17,767 bases of DNA from Candidatus Zixiibacteriota bacterium (GCA_043819555.1 JBDREQ010000054.1:1-17767); one strand, 5' to 3'. Shown: positions 8,223-17,482, counted from the first letter of the stretch. Notes: generated by a model not told the origin, from the letters alone. Translations and numbers: made by a program.

Positions 8223-8879
8223 TCATTGCGCCCCGTAATCAATCAAGCGACCGACTATTATCGGTTTACCCATCGGACTGCCCAGAGTCTCCATTTTTAC
8301 AAGCCCCAGGCCTGGCGCGAAATAATTATAAGTTGTCCTCCGCATAGGTCCCATAACCTGAGAATATTTATAGCTATAAAACTTACCAGCCGGAACTTCA
8401 ATTTCAAGACCGGCTTTGTCCAATCTATTGGAAATCACGGTTGGACCCAGGGTCATTGAAAAATCGTCGCCGTCCAATCCGGGAAATTTGGCCAGCATAA
8501 TCGGCTGGCCCATCGGACCCATAATCCAGAAGCCGTCCTCGCGGTTGGTCGCCAGGGTTCCGCGCGGTCCCATCCCTGATATAAAATAAAAAGTCTCGCC
8601 GTCGAGGACAGTATCGCGCTCTACCCGAAAAGTATCAATCTTACTGACGCTCAATTCTCCAGTCAGGGTATCCATTGTGGACAGTTCGTAGACCCAGCTA
8701 TTTCCAATCTTAAGCGGCATCAAATCAACGCCGGCCAAAGGCGGGGCAGTTACCTCTTCGGTATCCGTTTGCGCTTCCATTTTGGTTGCTGGAACGGGTT
8801 CTTCCCGGCGATTGGCCTGTTCTTCCTCGCCGCAGCCTATTAAAATGAAAATCATTACAGCAAATAATAACCGATACAT
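8223..8879 (-). CDS. Uncharacterised beta-rich lipoprotein (MPLKIGNSWVY ... VPAGKF ... YFAPGLGLVK family)
   Basis: Lipobox ILIGC, an acidic/Pro linker, then a motif set common to a widespread uncharacterised exported family. AAAGG RBS. Lies 23 nt upstream of the Ig-repeat gene, so probably the same operon. Confidence 0.75.
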   Translation of the reverse strand: MYRLLFAVMIFILIGCGEEEQANRREEPVPATKMEAQTDTEEVTAPPLAGVDLMPLKIGNSWVYELSTMDTLTGELSVSKIDTFRVERDTVLDGETFYFISGMGPRGTLATNREDGFWIMGPMGQPIMLAKFPGLDGDDFSMTLGPTVISNRLDKAGLEIEVPAGKFYSYKYSQVMGPMRRTTYNYFAPGLGLVKMETLGSPMGKPIIVGRLIDYGAQ

Positions 8880-8914
8880 AGTGACCTTTCTTTCTCTTCG
8901 ATACTATTTATCAT

Positions 8915-8942
8915 AATATAGCCATATTTCTTTTTTGGTCAA
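8915..8942 (-). promoter_or_regulatory. Putative sigma70-like promoter of the lipoprotein operon
   Basis: Minus strand reads TTGACC-N16-TATATT, 35 nt upstream of ATG 8879. Confidence 0.6.
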
Positions 8943-8986
8943 CCCGCATGAGTAACTTCTTGAAAACAAAAAGCGTTATTACCTGA

Positions 8987-9043
8987 TTGCCATACCCCTA
9001 AAAAATTGTTTATATTATATGGCTATATTGGGCATATATGCCC
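8987..9043 (+). promoter_or_regulatory. Putative lysS promoter region with an adjacent perfect palindrome
   Basis: TTGCCA-N18-TATATT (8987-9016), a second TGGCTATATT (9020-9029) and the palindrome GGGCATATATGCCC (9030-9043). Confidence 0.4.
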
Positions 9044-9092
9044 TGTACCAGAATGACGAACTGAAATTTGCTTTGTTTAATAAGGATGAAAA

Positions 9093-10628
9093 ATGTCAGA
9101 CAAAACCGAACCGCAAACGCCACAAATTCCCCTCAATAAAATAATTGACGGGCGTATTGATAAGATTGGAAAAATTCGTGAAAAAGGCATTAATCCTTTT
9201 CCCTATAAATTCGATTTTTCGCATACGACCGCACAGGCCATTGATTCGTTTAATGAATTATCGGAAAGTGGAACTGAAATCAAAATGGCCGGCCGCGTCA
9301 TGTCTGTCAGGAAAATGGGTAAAGCGCTGTTCATGCATTTCCAGGACGAATTCGGTCGGCTTCAGGCATATATCAAGATGAATGTTATCGGTGATGAATT
9401 ATGGGAGCTGTTTGAACTAATCGACATCGGCGACATACTGGGCATGACCGGAACCTTGTTTACCACTAAAACTGGCGAAAAAACCTTAAAGGTTTCGTCG
9501 TTTGAGCTTTTGACAAAATCGCTTCATCCCCTTCCGGAAAAATTTCATGGTTTGACTGATAAAGAAACCCGCTATCGCCAGCGTTATGTCGATTTAATCG
9601 CCAACCCGGAAGTGCGCGATACTTTCAGGAAACGCTCGCAGATCATCGCCGCTCTGCGTGAGTTTCTAAATGGAGAAGGATTCCTTGAAGTCGAAACGCC
9701 GGTTCTGCAACCTCTTTATGGAGGCGGAATAGCCGTTCCGTTCGTTACCCATCATCGCAAACTTGATGTTGACCTGTATCTGAGAATCGCCGACGAGCTC
9801 TATCTGAAAAGATTAATCGTTGGAGGATATCATAAGGTGTGGGAGTTCTGCAAAGATTTCCGCAATGAAGGAATGGATCGAAAACATAATCCGGAATTTT
9901 CAATGATCGAGCTCTACTGGGCTTACGCCGACTATCACGACATGATGGATTTGCATGAAAACTTGATGCGATTCACGGCCAGGAAAGTTTTTGATAAGAC
10001 TGAATTTGAATACGGGGACGATAAAATCGATTTTGGCCCGCCGTTCAGGCGCCTTTCGATGATAGATGCCGTCAAAGAATACGGCGGCCCCGATCTCTCT
10101 GATTTTGATTTCGACCGCGCAAAAATACTGGCCAAAGAAGCCGGAATGAATATGGATAAATTGATAAATCACGGCAAGATTGTTGAAGCCTTCTTTGATG
10201 AACTGGCTGAGTCGAATTTGATCTCGCCGACATTTATTATGGATCATCCCCGCGATATCTCTCCGCTGGCCAAAAAGCATCGCGCTAACCCCAATCTAGC
10301 CGAACGATATGAATTGTTCGGATGCGGCATGGAACTGGGCAACGCTTTTAGCGAGCTGAACGATCCTATTGACCAGAAAGAACGTTTCATCCAACAGGGC
10401 AAGGCCGCTGAAGCCGGAGATGAGGAAGCTCACCAATTGGACCATGATTTTATAACAGCCCTGATGTATGGCATGCCGCCGACCGCCGGGTTGGGAATAG
10501 GCGTTGACCGTATCGTCATGATTATGACCAATCAACATTCGATTCAGGATGTGATACTTTTCCCGCAGATGCGGCCGACAGTTCAATTGGTAAAAAATCT
10601 CAATAGAGTGAAAAAAGAGGAAGACTAA
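9093..10628 (+). CDS. lysS: Lysine--tRNA ligase (class II)
   Basis: OB-fold anticodon domain (AGRVMSVRKMGKALF), RYRQRYVDLI, YLRIADELYLKRL, FRNEGMDRKHNPEF and YGMPPTAGLGIGVDR. Confidence 0.99.
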   Translation: MSDKTEPQTPQIPLNKIIDGRIDKIGKIREKGINPFPYKFDFSHTTAQAIDSFNELSESGTEIKMAGRVMSVRKMGKALFMHFQDEFGRLQAYIKMNVIGDELWELFELIDIGDILGMTGTLFTTKTGEKTLKVSSFELLTKSLHPLPEKFHGLTDKETRYRQRYVDLIANPEVRDTFRKRSQIIAALREFLNGEGFLEVETPVLQPLYGGGIAVPFVTHHRKLDVDLYLRIADELYLKRLIVGGYHKVWEFCKDFRNEGMDRKHNPEFSMIELYWAYADYHDMMDLHENLMRFTARKVFDKTEFEYGDDKIDFGPPFRRLSMIDAVKEYGGPDLSDFDFDRAKILAKEAGMNMDKLINHGKIVEAFFDELAESNLISPTFIMDHPRDISPLAKKHRANPNLAERYELFGCGMELGNAFSELNDPIDQKERFIQQGKAAEAGDEEAHQLDHDFITALMYGMPPTAGLGIGVDRIVMIMTNQHSIQDVILFPQMRPTVQLVKNLNRVKKEED

Positions 10629-10658
10629 TTAGTTAAGATTGTCTAAATATAGTGATTT

Positions 10659-10758
10659 GTCATTGCGAGGAGTTCCACGTCAGTGGAACGACGTGGCAAT
10701 CTTTTTAGATGGTATTAAACAATAGATTGCCACGCTCACTTCGTTCGCTCGCAATGAC
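10659..10758. repeat. Composite palindromic element (CGTC/GTCA-tagged REP, RPE-like MITE)
   Basis: Terminal inverted repeat GTCATTGCGAG (10659-10669) / CTCGCAATGAC (10748-10758). Inner IR CGTGGCAATCT (10692-10702) / AGATTGCCACG (10724-10734). Hairpin GTTCCAC-gtca-GTGGAAC (10672-10689). Confidence 0.85.
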
Positions 10759-10808
10759 TGTATTTGGTTGGGATATTGAAATTTAATTTTGCATAAGGAT
10801 ATGCAATT

Positions 10809-12029
10809 GTGAGATACGAATGGTTCATCGCCCGTCGATATTTGATGACGCGAAAAAAAGGCGGCTTTATTTCGCTTAACAGCTTATTTTCAATCGGCGG
10901 AGTCGTTGTCGGAGTCGCCGCTCTCATCTTCGTTATGTCGATGATGAACGGTTTCGAAACCGAACTCCGAACTCGCATCCTGGGCGTCACCTCGCATATT
11001 TCGGTTTTCCCTCGTTTTGAGGACCATTTTGCCAATCCCGATTCGGCCATGGCTGAACTTTTACAGGTCGAAGGCATCATCGCCGCTGCGCCCTTTGTCT
11101 ATTACAAGGCCGCCATCGCGTCCGAAACGGCCGGTGATGGAATCGTTGTTCGCGGCATTGATCCCGAGCTGGAAAACAAAGTTACAGGATTAGGCGAAAC
11201 TGTTTTTTCCGGGAACTTCGATGTCAGCCCCAATGAAGAAGGCATGGGAGGTATTATCGTCGGCAAAAACCTGGCCCAGAGTCTTGATGTTTTACCGGGG
11301 GATATATTGAGGCTTTATTCACTGCGCGTAAAAGACCTGCGTCCCGGCTCTCAGCCAAAGATTAAATTGGTTGAAGTAAGGGGAATTTACGAAATAGGTA
11401 TGTACGAGTACGACGCCTCAATGGCATATATCTCCATACCTGATGCCATGAACCTGTTCAAGACCGAAGGCGTTACCGGCATTCATTTGAAAACGACCGA
11501 TATTTTCACCGCCGGGATAATTGCCGAATCAATCAATGAACAATTTGGTGGAAAATACAGCGCTGTTGACTGGAGTCGCATGAATGAAAACCTGTTTTCG
11601 TGGATGTGGCTGGAAAAAGTCGGGATGTTTATCGCGCTATCGTTGATAATGGCTGTCGCCGCTTTTAATATTATTTCGACCCTGGTCATGATTGTGATGG
11701 AAAAACGCCACGAAATTGGCATTTTGAAAACTATGGGTTCTGTTCCGGGAGCCATAAGGCGAATATTCATGAGAATCGGAATTGTTATAGGCGTTGTTGG
11801 GTGCCTATTGGGCTGGTTGCTCGGATATTTATTATGCTGGATTCAGGTCCGATTTAACGTTATTGAGCTGCCGCCCGATATATACTTTATTAGCAGCCTT
11901 CCGGTTGATATCAGATTATTGGACTTTATGTTAGTTGGATTTGCCGCTATCGCGCTTTGCTTTTTGGCCACTCTTTACCCGGCCGGGCGGGCGGCTCGAT
12001 TGTCGGTCGTGAAGGTCTTGCGAAGATAG
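10809..12029 (+). CDS. Lipoprotein-releasing ABC transporter permease, LolC/LolE family
   Basis: GTG start after AAGGA. FIARRYL, SIGGVVVGVAALIFVMSMMNGFE, VAAFNIISTLVMIVMEKRHEIGILKTMG, YFISSLP and ATLYPA.RAA motifs. Followed by lolD. Confidence 0.93.
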   Translation: MRYEWFIARRYLMTRKKGGFISLNSLFSIGGVVVGVAALIFVMSMMNGFETELRTRILGVTSHISVFPRFEDHFANPDSAMAELLQVEGIIAAAPFVYYKAAIASETAGDGIVVRGIDPELENKVTGLGETVFSGNFDVSPNEEGMGGIIVGKNLAQSLDVLPGDILRLYSLRVKDLRPGSQPKIKLVEVRGIYEIGMYEYDASMAYISIPDAMNLFKTEGVTGIHLKTTDIFTAGIIAESINEQFGGKYSAVDWSRMNENLFSWMWLEKVGMFIALSLIMAVAAFNIISTLVMIVMEKRHEIGILKTMGSVPGAIRRIFMRIGIVIGVVGCLLGWLLGYLLCWIQVRFNVIELPPDIYFISSLPVDIRLLDFMLVGFAAIALCFLATLYPAGRAARLSVVKVLRR

Positions 12030-12126
12030 TTATGAAAACGATTAAAAATATTTGTCGTTTAAGGACTTATAGAGTAAACATTTTGGCAAAAATGGCGAAT
12101 ATATATATAAGCACGGTGTATAGCAT

Positions 12127-12840
12127 ATGAACAGTAGGCAACCGGGAGACGACCTTATTCTGCAAGCGGATCAAATTTACCGTGGATTTGATACTCCGCA
12201 GGGGAGAATTGAGGTTTTACGGGGTGTCAGCCTAAACCTTTCTCGAGGTGAAATGGTGTCTGTCCTGGGTGCATCAGGCGTTGGCAAAACTACATTGCTT
12301 CAAATACTCGGCGGACTTGATCGCCCCGACAGCGGTGATGTTTATTTTGGGGACTTATCATTCTCGACCTTTTCGGAAAGCAAACTGGCCTCGTTTCGCA
12401 ATCGGCATATTGGCTTTGTGTTTCAGTTTCACTATCTTATGTCTGAATTTTCAGCACTTGAAAACGTTATGATGCCGGCTCTAATTGCCGGAACGTCTCG
12501 CGCACAAGCAACAGAACGCGCGGAACTATTGCTTGGGGATGTAGGTTTAAAGGATAGAATGACGCATTTGCCAAATGAGCTTTCGGGAGGCGAACAACAG
12601 CGGGTAGCTGTTGCCCGGGCTTTGACTATGGAACCGGATCTGGTTCTGGCCGACGAGCCTTCGGGAAACCTTGATGTTGACACGGGGCGTAAATTACACG
12701 AATTACTATTGAACCTGAACCGAACCAGGAAGATTTCGTTTATAATCGCCACCCATAATCAGCATCTGGCAGCAATCACTGATCGCATGGTCAAAATGGA
12801 AAACGGAATGAATCAGGTGGAAAAACCGCCTGTCAATTGA
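12127..12840 (+). CDS. lolD: Lipoprotein-releasing ABC transporter ATP-binding protein
   Basis: Walker A GASGVGKTT, LolD motif GFVFQFHYL..EFSALENVMMP, signature LSGGEQQRVA and Walker B LADEPSGNLD. Confidence 0.92.
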   Translation: MNSRQPGDDLILQADQIYRGFDTPQGRIEVLRGVSLNLSRGEMVSVLGASGVGKTTLLQILGGLDRPDSGDVYFGDLSFSTFSESKLASFRNRHIGFVFQFHYLMSEFSALENVMMPALIAGTSRAQATERAELLLGDVGLKDRMTHLPNELSGGEQQRVAVARALTMEPDLVLADEPSGNLDVDTGRKLHELLLNLNRTRKISFIIATHNQHLAAITDRMVKMENGMNQVEKPPVN

Positions 12841-12868
12841 AAACAAATTTTGAAAGCGCGGGTAAATA

Positions 12869-13411
12869 ATGAATTGTCAGGATTGTGATAATAACGAAGC
12901 GGCCGTCAGCCTGACTCAGATTATCAACAACGAAAAAGTTGTTTTGAATTTATGCAAGGAATGCGCCGCCAAGCGCGGTTTTCATTCCCCGCTCGATAAT
13001 ATACCCTTTCCGCTGGCTAATTTCCTGGCTGAAATGATGGGTAAAGAAAAAGTCATCAGCGGTTCCAAGGCCATCAAAAAGCCGGATATATCCTGTCCCT
13101 CCTGCGGCCTGTCATTTGAGGAATTTTCCCGCCTGGGCAGGTTCGGTTGCGGCGAATGCTATAAAACTTTCAGGGATAAGCTCCAGGGACTATTACGAAA
13201 AATTCACGGTTCTTCCCTTCATAAAGGAAAACTCCCGCCGATGCTTTCTGAAGAAGCGTCTAATATAAAGGAACAGGAAAGAGTGGAACAGGAATTGCAG
13301 CGAGCAATTGAAATTGAGGATTTTGAACGCGCCGCCGATTTACGCGATAAATTAAAATCGCTCAAGCAATCGGAATCCGAAGAAGAACGCAAGGAAAAAG
13401 AAAATGTTTGA
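12869..13411 (+). CDS. mcsA: Protein-arginine kinase activator McsA
   Basis: Four CXXC motifs (CQDC, CKEC, CPSC, CGEC), IHG...HKGKLP and a C-terminal UVR domain (AIEIEDFERAADLRDKL). Overlaps mcsB. Confidence 0.93.
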   Translation: MNCQDCDNNEAAVSLTQIINNEKVVLNLCKECAAKRGFHSPLDNIPFPLANFLAEMMGKEKVISGSKAIKKPDISCPSCGLSFEEFSRLGRFGCGECYKTFRDKLQGLLRKIHGSSLHKGKLPPMLSEEASNIKEQERVEQELQRAIEIEDFERAADLRDKLKSLKQSESEEERKEKENV

Positions 13412-14447
13412 GGACATGGCCAAAAAACCGGCGGGATGGCTGACGGGTGATGGTGAGGAAGCAACTGTAGTCCTGTCATCAAGAATCAGACTGGCCCGCA
13501 ATATTCATGACATCCGCTTTCCGACTTCGGCTGATATTAATACCCGTGAGAAGGTTGTCGAGTTTTTCAACTCCGCCGTTTCCAAATCCGAGTTTCTTCA
13601 ACGCGGAAGTTTTTATAGCACAGATAATATTGAGAAAATCGACAGCAATTTCCTTGTTGAACGCCACCTGATTTCACCAACGATGCTCGATCGGCTCGAA
13701 GGTTCCGGCGTATTTATTGGACCCGACGAACAGGTCTCGATAATGATCAATGAGGAAGACCATCTTCGCATTCAGGCTCTGACGGCAGGCCTGGAAATGG
13801 ACCGGACCATGGAACTGGCTTCCCAATACGATAATGAAATCGGCCGCCTGCTTGAGTATGATTATGATAGCGATTTTGGATTCCTGACCGCCTGCCCGAC
13901 AAATGTGGGAACCGGACTGCGCGCTTCGGTGTTAATCCATTTACCCGGACTGGTATTGACGCGGGATATCGATAAAGTAATCCAAAAAATCACCAAGATG
14001 GGATTGGCCGTGCGAGGATTTTATGGAGAAGGTACCGACGTTCTTGGAAACTTATTCCAGATTTCCAATCAGTCCACTCTGGGGAAATCGGAAACCGATA
14101 TTCTGGAAGATATTGAACGTGTTACGCGAATTATTATAAATGACGAAGCAACGGCGAGAATTCGTCTTCGAGAGGAAGCCTATGATCAGATTTGCGATAA
14201 AATCTGGAGGGCTTATGGAATCCTGAAATACGCGCGAGTGTTATCGTCAGAAGAGGTTATGAATCTACTTTCTGCCGTACGGCTGGGGGTGGCTATCAAC
14301 ATCATTGAGGATCTGGATCTGGCTACGATAAATGAAATACTCCTTTTATCACAGCCGGCCCATCTGATTAAATTCAGCGATCGTGACATGGATTGCGAAG
14401 AGCGCGATATTGCCCGGGCCAATATGGTCAGGGAAAGACTAAAATAA
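13404..14447 (+). CDS. mcsB: Protein arginine kinase McsB
   Basis: VVLSSRIRLARN, LVERHLISP, SIMINEEDHLRIQ, LTACPTNVGTGLRAS, VRGFYGEG, FQISNQ.TLG and QPAHL...ERD..RA motifs. Confidence 0.97.
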   Translation: MFEDMAKKPAGWLTGDGEEATVVLSSRIRLARNIHDIRFPTSADINTREKVVEFFNSAVSKSEFLQRGSFYSTDNIEKIDSNFLVERHLISPTMLDRLEGSGVFIGPDEQVSIMINEEDHLRIQALTAGLEMDRTMELASQYDNEIGRLLEYDYDSDFGFLTACPTNVGTGLRASVLIHLPGLVLTRDIDKVIQKITKMGLAVRGFYGEGTDVLGNLFQISNQSTLGKSETDILEDIERVTRIIINDEATARIRLREEAYDQICDKIWRAYGILKYARVLSSEEVMNLLSAVRLGVAINIIEDLDLATINEILLLSQPAHLIKFSDRDMDCEERDIARANMVRERLK

Positions 14448-14483
14448 AACGGAATGAGAACTCAAGGGAGGTTTCAATAAATC

Positions 14484-16961
14484 ATGAATGAAATGTTTAC
14501 TGAACTGGCTCGCAAAGCGATTGAATATTCACGGGATGAAGCGGCGCGATTGCGCCATGATTACATCGGGACAGAACATCTGCTACTGGGACTCATCCGC
14601 CTTGCCGAAGGACGAGCAATCGAGGTCATTTCCAATCTGGGCCTTGATTTGAACGACCTCAAAGCCGCCGTGGAAGAAGTCGTACAACCGGCGGGCGGAA
14701 CGATGACCATGGGTCAATTGCCTTTGACGGCCCGAGCCAAAAAAACATTGGAAGTTTCGGGACAGGAAGCCCGCGCCCTGAAATCAAAAGATATCGATAC
14801 CGAACATATTCTGCTGGCCCTCCTCAAAGACGAAGAAGGAGTTGCCGCCCAGGTCATGGCAATGTTCGAAATTGACTACAAAGAAGCCTATGACGAATTG
14901 AAAAATATTGAAGGCGGGAAACCGTCATCATTCAAAAAGAAAAGGCGCAAATCAAAAACTCCCGCCCTTGACCATTTTGGACGAGACCTGACCGAAATGG
15001 CCCGCCGCGGACGACTCGACCCAATTATCGGACGCCAGATGGAAATCGAACGAGTTACCCAGATTCTGTCGCGCCGCAAAAAGAACAATCCGGTTCTGAT
15101 TGGCGAGCCCGGGGTTGGAAAAACCGCAATAGTTGAAGGCTTGGCTCAACGCATTGTCGAAGGCAAGGTCCCTCAGACCCTTGAAAATAAGCGCGTTGTA
15201 ACGCTTGATATGGCTTCGCTTGTTGCGGGAACCAAATATCGCGGTCAGTTCGAGGAGCGCCTCAAATCGGTCATGACCGAAATTATGAATTCCCGCGATG
15301 TCATCATCTTTATTGACGAACTCCATACTATCGTCGGAGCCGGTGGGGCCGAAGGCTCGCTCGATGCCTCCAATATTTTCAAACCGGCATTATCCCGGGG
15401 AGAACTGCAGTGCGTCGGAGCCACGACCCTCAACGAATACCGTAAATATATCGAGAAAGACGGCGCTCTCGAACGCCGTTTCCAGATGGTGATGGTCGAC
15501 CAACCGTCCCCGGAAGACACAATTAAAATATTAAAAGGCCTGCGCGATAAATATGCCGAACACCATAAAATCGAAATTTCAGATGAGGCTCTCGATGACG
15601 CCGTCAAGCTTTCCAGCCGCTATATCTCCGGGAAATTTCAGCCCGATAAAGCGATTGACGTTCTTGATGAAGCAGGATCGCGGGCTCATCTCGCATCCTA
15701 TACCCGGCCCAAGGAATTCGCCGAAATTGAACACGAAATTGCCGAACTGGGTGTGAAAAAGGAAGACGCGGTCAAGAATCAGGAATTTGAAACCGCCGCT
15801 CAATTTCGCGACGAGCTCAAATTCAAGAAGGCCAGGCTGGAAGATATGCAGAAAGAATGGGAAAACAAGCGCGACGAAGAACGGATAGTTCTCAATGGAG
15901 AAGACATTGCTCAGGTCGTTTCCAGCATGACTGGTATTCCACTTTTCCGCCTCGAGGAAAAGGAATCCAGACGCCTCCTGCGCATGGAAGAAACACTTAA
16001 ACAAAGAATTGTCGGTCAGGACGAAGCCATATCGTCAATTACCAAAGCAATTCGCAGGGCTCGCGCCGGATTGGGCGACCCCAACAAACCGATTGGTTCA
16101 TTCCTTTTCCTGGGTCCAACAGGTGTAGGCAAAACCGAACTAGCCCGGCAATTGGCTGAGTTTTTATTTGAAGATATCGAATCGCTTATTCGGATCGACA
16201 TGTCCGAATATATGGAGAAATTCGCCGTCTCCCGCTTGATCGGGGCTCCTCCCGGATATGTCGGTTACGAAGAGGGCGGGCAATTGACCGAACGAGTCCG
16301 GCGCAAACCGTATTCTGTGGTTTTGCTCGATGAAATCGAGAAAGCTCATCCGGAAGTCTTCAATATCCTGCTTCAATTGATGGATGACGGGCAGCTAACT
16401 GACAGCTTTGGCCGAAAAATTGATTTCCGCAATACCGTTGTTATTATGACATCGAATGTCGGCACCAGGGCAATCGGTGAAGAAAAAACCGTCGGATTTG
16501 CCAAAAAAGAATTGGCCGACGATTACGAAAATATGAAAGGGAAGATTAAGGAAGAACTGCGTAAAATGTTCAACCCGGAACTGCTCAACCGCATTGATGA
16601 GTCGATAATTTTCCATTCCCTGACAATTGAACATATTGAGGAAATCATCGATATTCTCCTGATCGACCTGGCCAACCGTCTGGCCGAAAAAGGCGTCTCC
16701 TTCAAACTAACCGCAAAGGCCAAACACTGGCTCGCCGAAAAAGGATTTGAACCGCAATACGGCGCCCGGCCGCTCAAACGAGCCCTCCAGAAGTACCTGG
16801 AAGACCCGCTGGCCGAGGAAATCCTGCGCGGCCAATACGCCGGAGATACCGAACTGGTTATCGTCGTAGCCGACGACAAGGAATCGTTGAAATTTGAATT
16901 TCAATCCGGTGAAAAACCGAGCGAAGAGGACAAACAACCCGATTCAGTCAATTCAAAATAG
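14484..16961 (+). CDS. clpC: ATP-dependent Clp protease ATP-binding subunit ClpC
   Basis: Two Clp-N repeats ([20 protein letters not shown]), AAA1 [11 protein letters not shown]-type M domain ([15 protein letters not shown]), AAA2 GPTGVGKT and the ClpP-docking VGF loop. GGGAGG RBS. Confidence 0.97.
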   Translation: MNEMFTELARKAIEYSRDEAARLRHDYIGTEHLLLGLIRLAEGRAIEVISNLGLDLNDLKAAVEEVVQPAGGTMTMGQLPLTARAKKTLEVSGQEARALKSKDIDTEHILLALLKDEEGVAAQVMAMFEIDYKEAYDELKNIEGGKPSSFKKKRRKSKTPALDHFGRDLTEMARRGRLDPIIGRQMEIERVTQILSRRKKNNPVLIGEPGVGKTAIVEGLAQRIVEGKVPQTLENKRVVTLDMASLVAGTKYRGQFEERLKSVMTEIMNSRDVIIFIDELHTIVGAGGAEGSLDASNIFKPALSRGELQCVGATTLNEYRKYIEKDGALERRFQMVMVDQPSPEDTIKILKGLRDKYAEHHKIEISDEALDDAVKLSSRYISGKFQPDKAIDVLDEAGSRAHLASYTRPKEFAEIEHEIAELGVKKEDAVKNQEFETAAQFRDELKFKKARLEDMQKEWENKRDEERIVLNGEDIAQVVSSMTGIPLFRLEEKESRRLLRMEETLKQRIVGQDEAISSITKAIRRARAGLGDPNKPIGSFLFLGPTGVGKTELARQLAEFLFEDIESLIRIDMSEYMEKFAVSRLIGAPPGYVGYEEGGQLTERVRRKPYSVVLLDEIEKAHPEVFNILLQLMDDGQLTDSFGRKIDFRNTVVIMTSNVGTRAIGEEKTVGFAKKELADDYENMKGKIKEELRKMFNPELLNRIDESIIFHSLTIEHIEEIIDILLIDLANRLAEKGVSFKLTAKAKHWLAEKGFEPQYGARPLKRALQKYLEDPLAEEILRGQYAGDTELVIVVADDKESLKFEFQSGEKPSEEDKQPDSVNSK

Positions 16962-16983
16962 CCCGGAATTATAATATACGTTT

Positions 16984-17009
16984 GGGGCGCCGTCATGGGC
17001 GCCCCGTTT
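16984..17009 (+). terminator. GC-rich hairpin after clpC, probable terminator
   Basis: GGGGCGCC-gtcatg-GGCGCCCC perfect 8-bp stem with only a short GTTT tail. Confidence 0.6.
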
Positions 17010-17036
17010 CAAATCGAATTACGAACAAATTTCGGC

Positions 17037-17064
17037 TTGCTTTTTTGAAAAGAATATATATATT
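17037..17064 (+). promoter_or_regulatory. Putative promoter of rpmA
   Basis: TTGCTT-N16-TATATT between the clpC hairpin and the rpmA RBS (AGAGG). Confidence 0.55.
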
Positions 17065-17118
17065 CAAAATCTCGATTAACCTGAGTCAACAAAACGAATA
17101 AGACAGAGGTTTATAGTT

Positions 17119-17370
17119 ATGGCACATAAAAAGGGCGTAGGCTCTTCCAAAAATGGACGGGACTCAAACGGTCAGCGGCGCGGCATAAAAGTTTATTCCG
17201 GTCAGGCGATCCCGGCCGGGTCGATAATCGTCCGCCAATGCGGCTCGAGGATTTTACCCGGCGATAATGTCGGCGTCGGCAAAGACTGGACACTTTTTGC
17301 CAAAATAACCGGCGTCGTCCAGTTCGAACGATTCGGCAAAGACCGCAAAAGAGTAAGCGTCGTCGAATAA
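17119..17370 (+). CDS. rpmA: 50S ribosomal protein L27
   Basis: [22 protein letters not shown]...GSIIVRQ.G...PG.NVG.GKD.TLFA...G.V.F. Confidence 0.99.
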   Translation: MAHKKGVGSSKNGRDSNGQRRGIKVYSGQAIPAGSIIVRQCGSRILPGDNVGVGKDWTLFAKITGVVQFERFGKDRKRVSVVE

Positions 17371-17399
17371 AACGTCAAAGTTCATATTGAAAAACCTAT

Positions 17400-17425
17400 A
17401 AGCCCCGTTTCACGGGGCTTTTTTT
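17400..17425 (+). terminator. Rho-independent terminator after rpmA
   Basis: AAGCCCCGT-ttc-ACGGGGCTT followed by a T run. Confidence 0.92.
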
Positions 17426-17482
17426 GTCGATTATTTTATGAGATGCAAAACTCACGTTTCCCGTTGACCAACAAAAATCATT

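Noticed and set aside
10659..10758. Branched fold as a possible tRNA, T-box or lysine riboswitch
   Set aside because: No TTC-loop/D-loop geometry or CCA end. It lies downstream of lysS and matches a known palindromic repeat class.
12789..12795. GGTCAAA as a CtsR box upstream of mcsA
   Set aside because: A single heptamer inside lolD coding sequence. CtsR needs a tandem repeat with 3-nt spacing.
14888..16937. Many short alternative-frame and antisense ORFs within clpC (likewise within lysS, lolC/E, lolD, mcsB and the M16 gene)
   Set aside because: Shadows of well-conserved genes, with no recognisable motifs or RBS.
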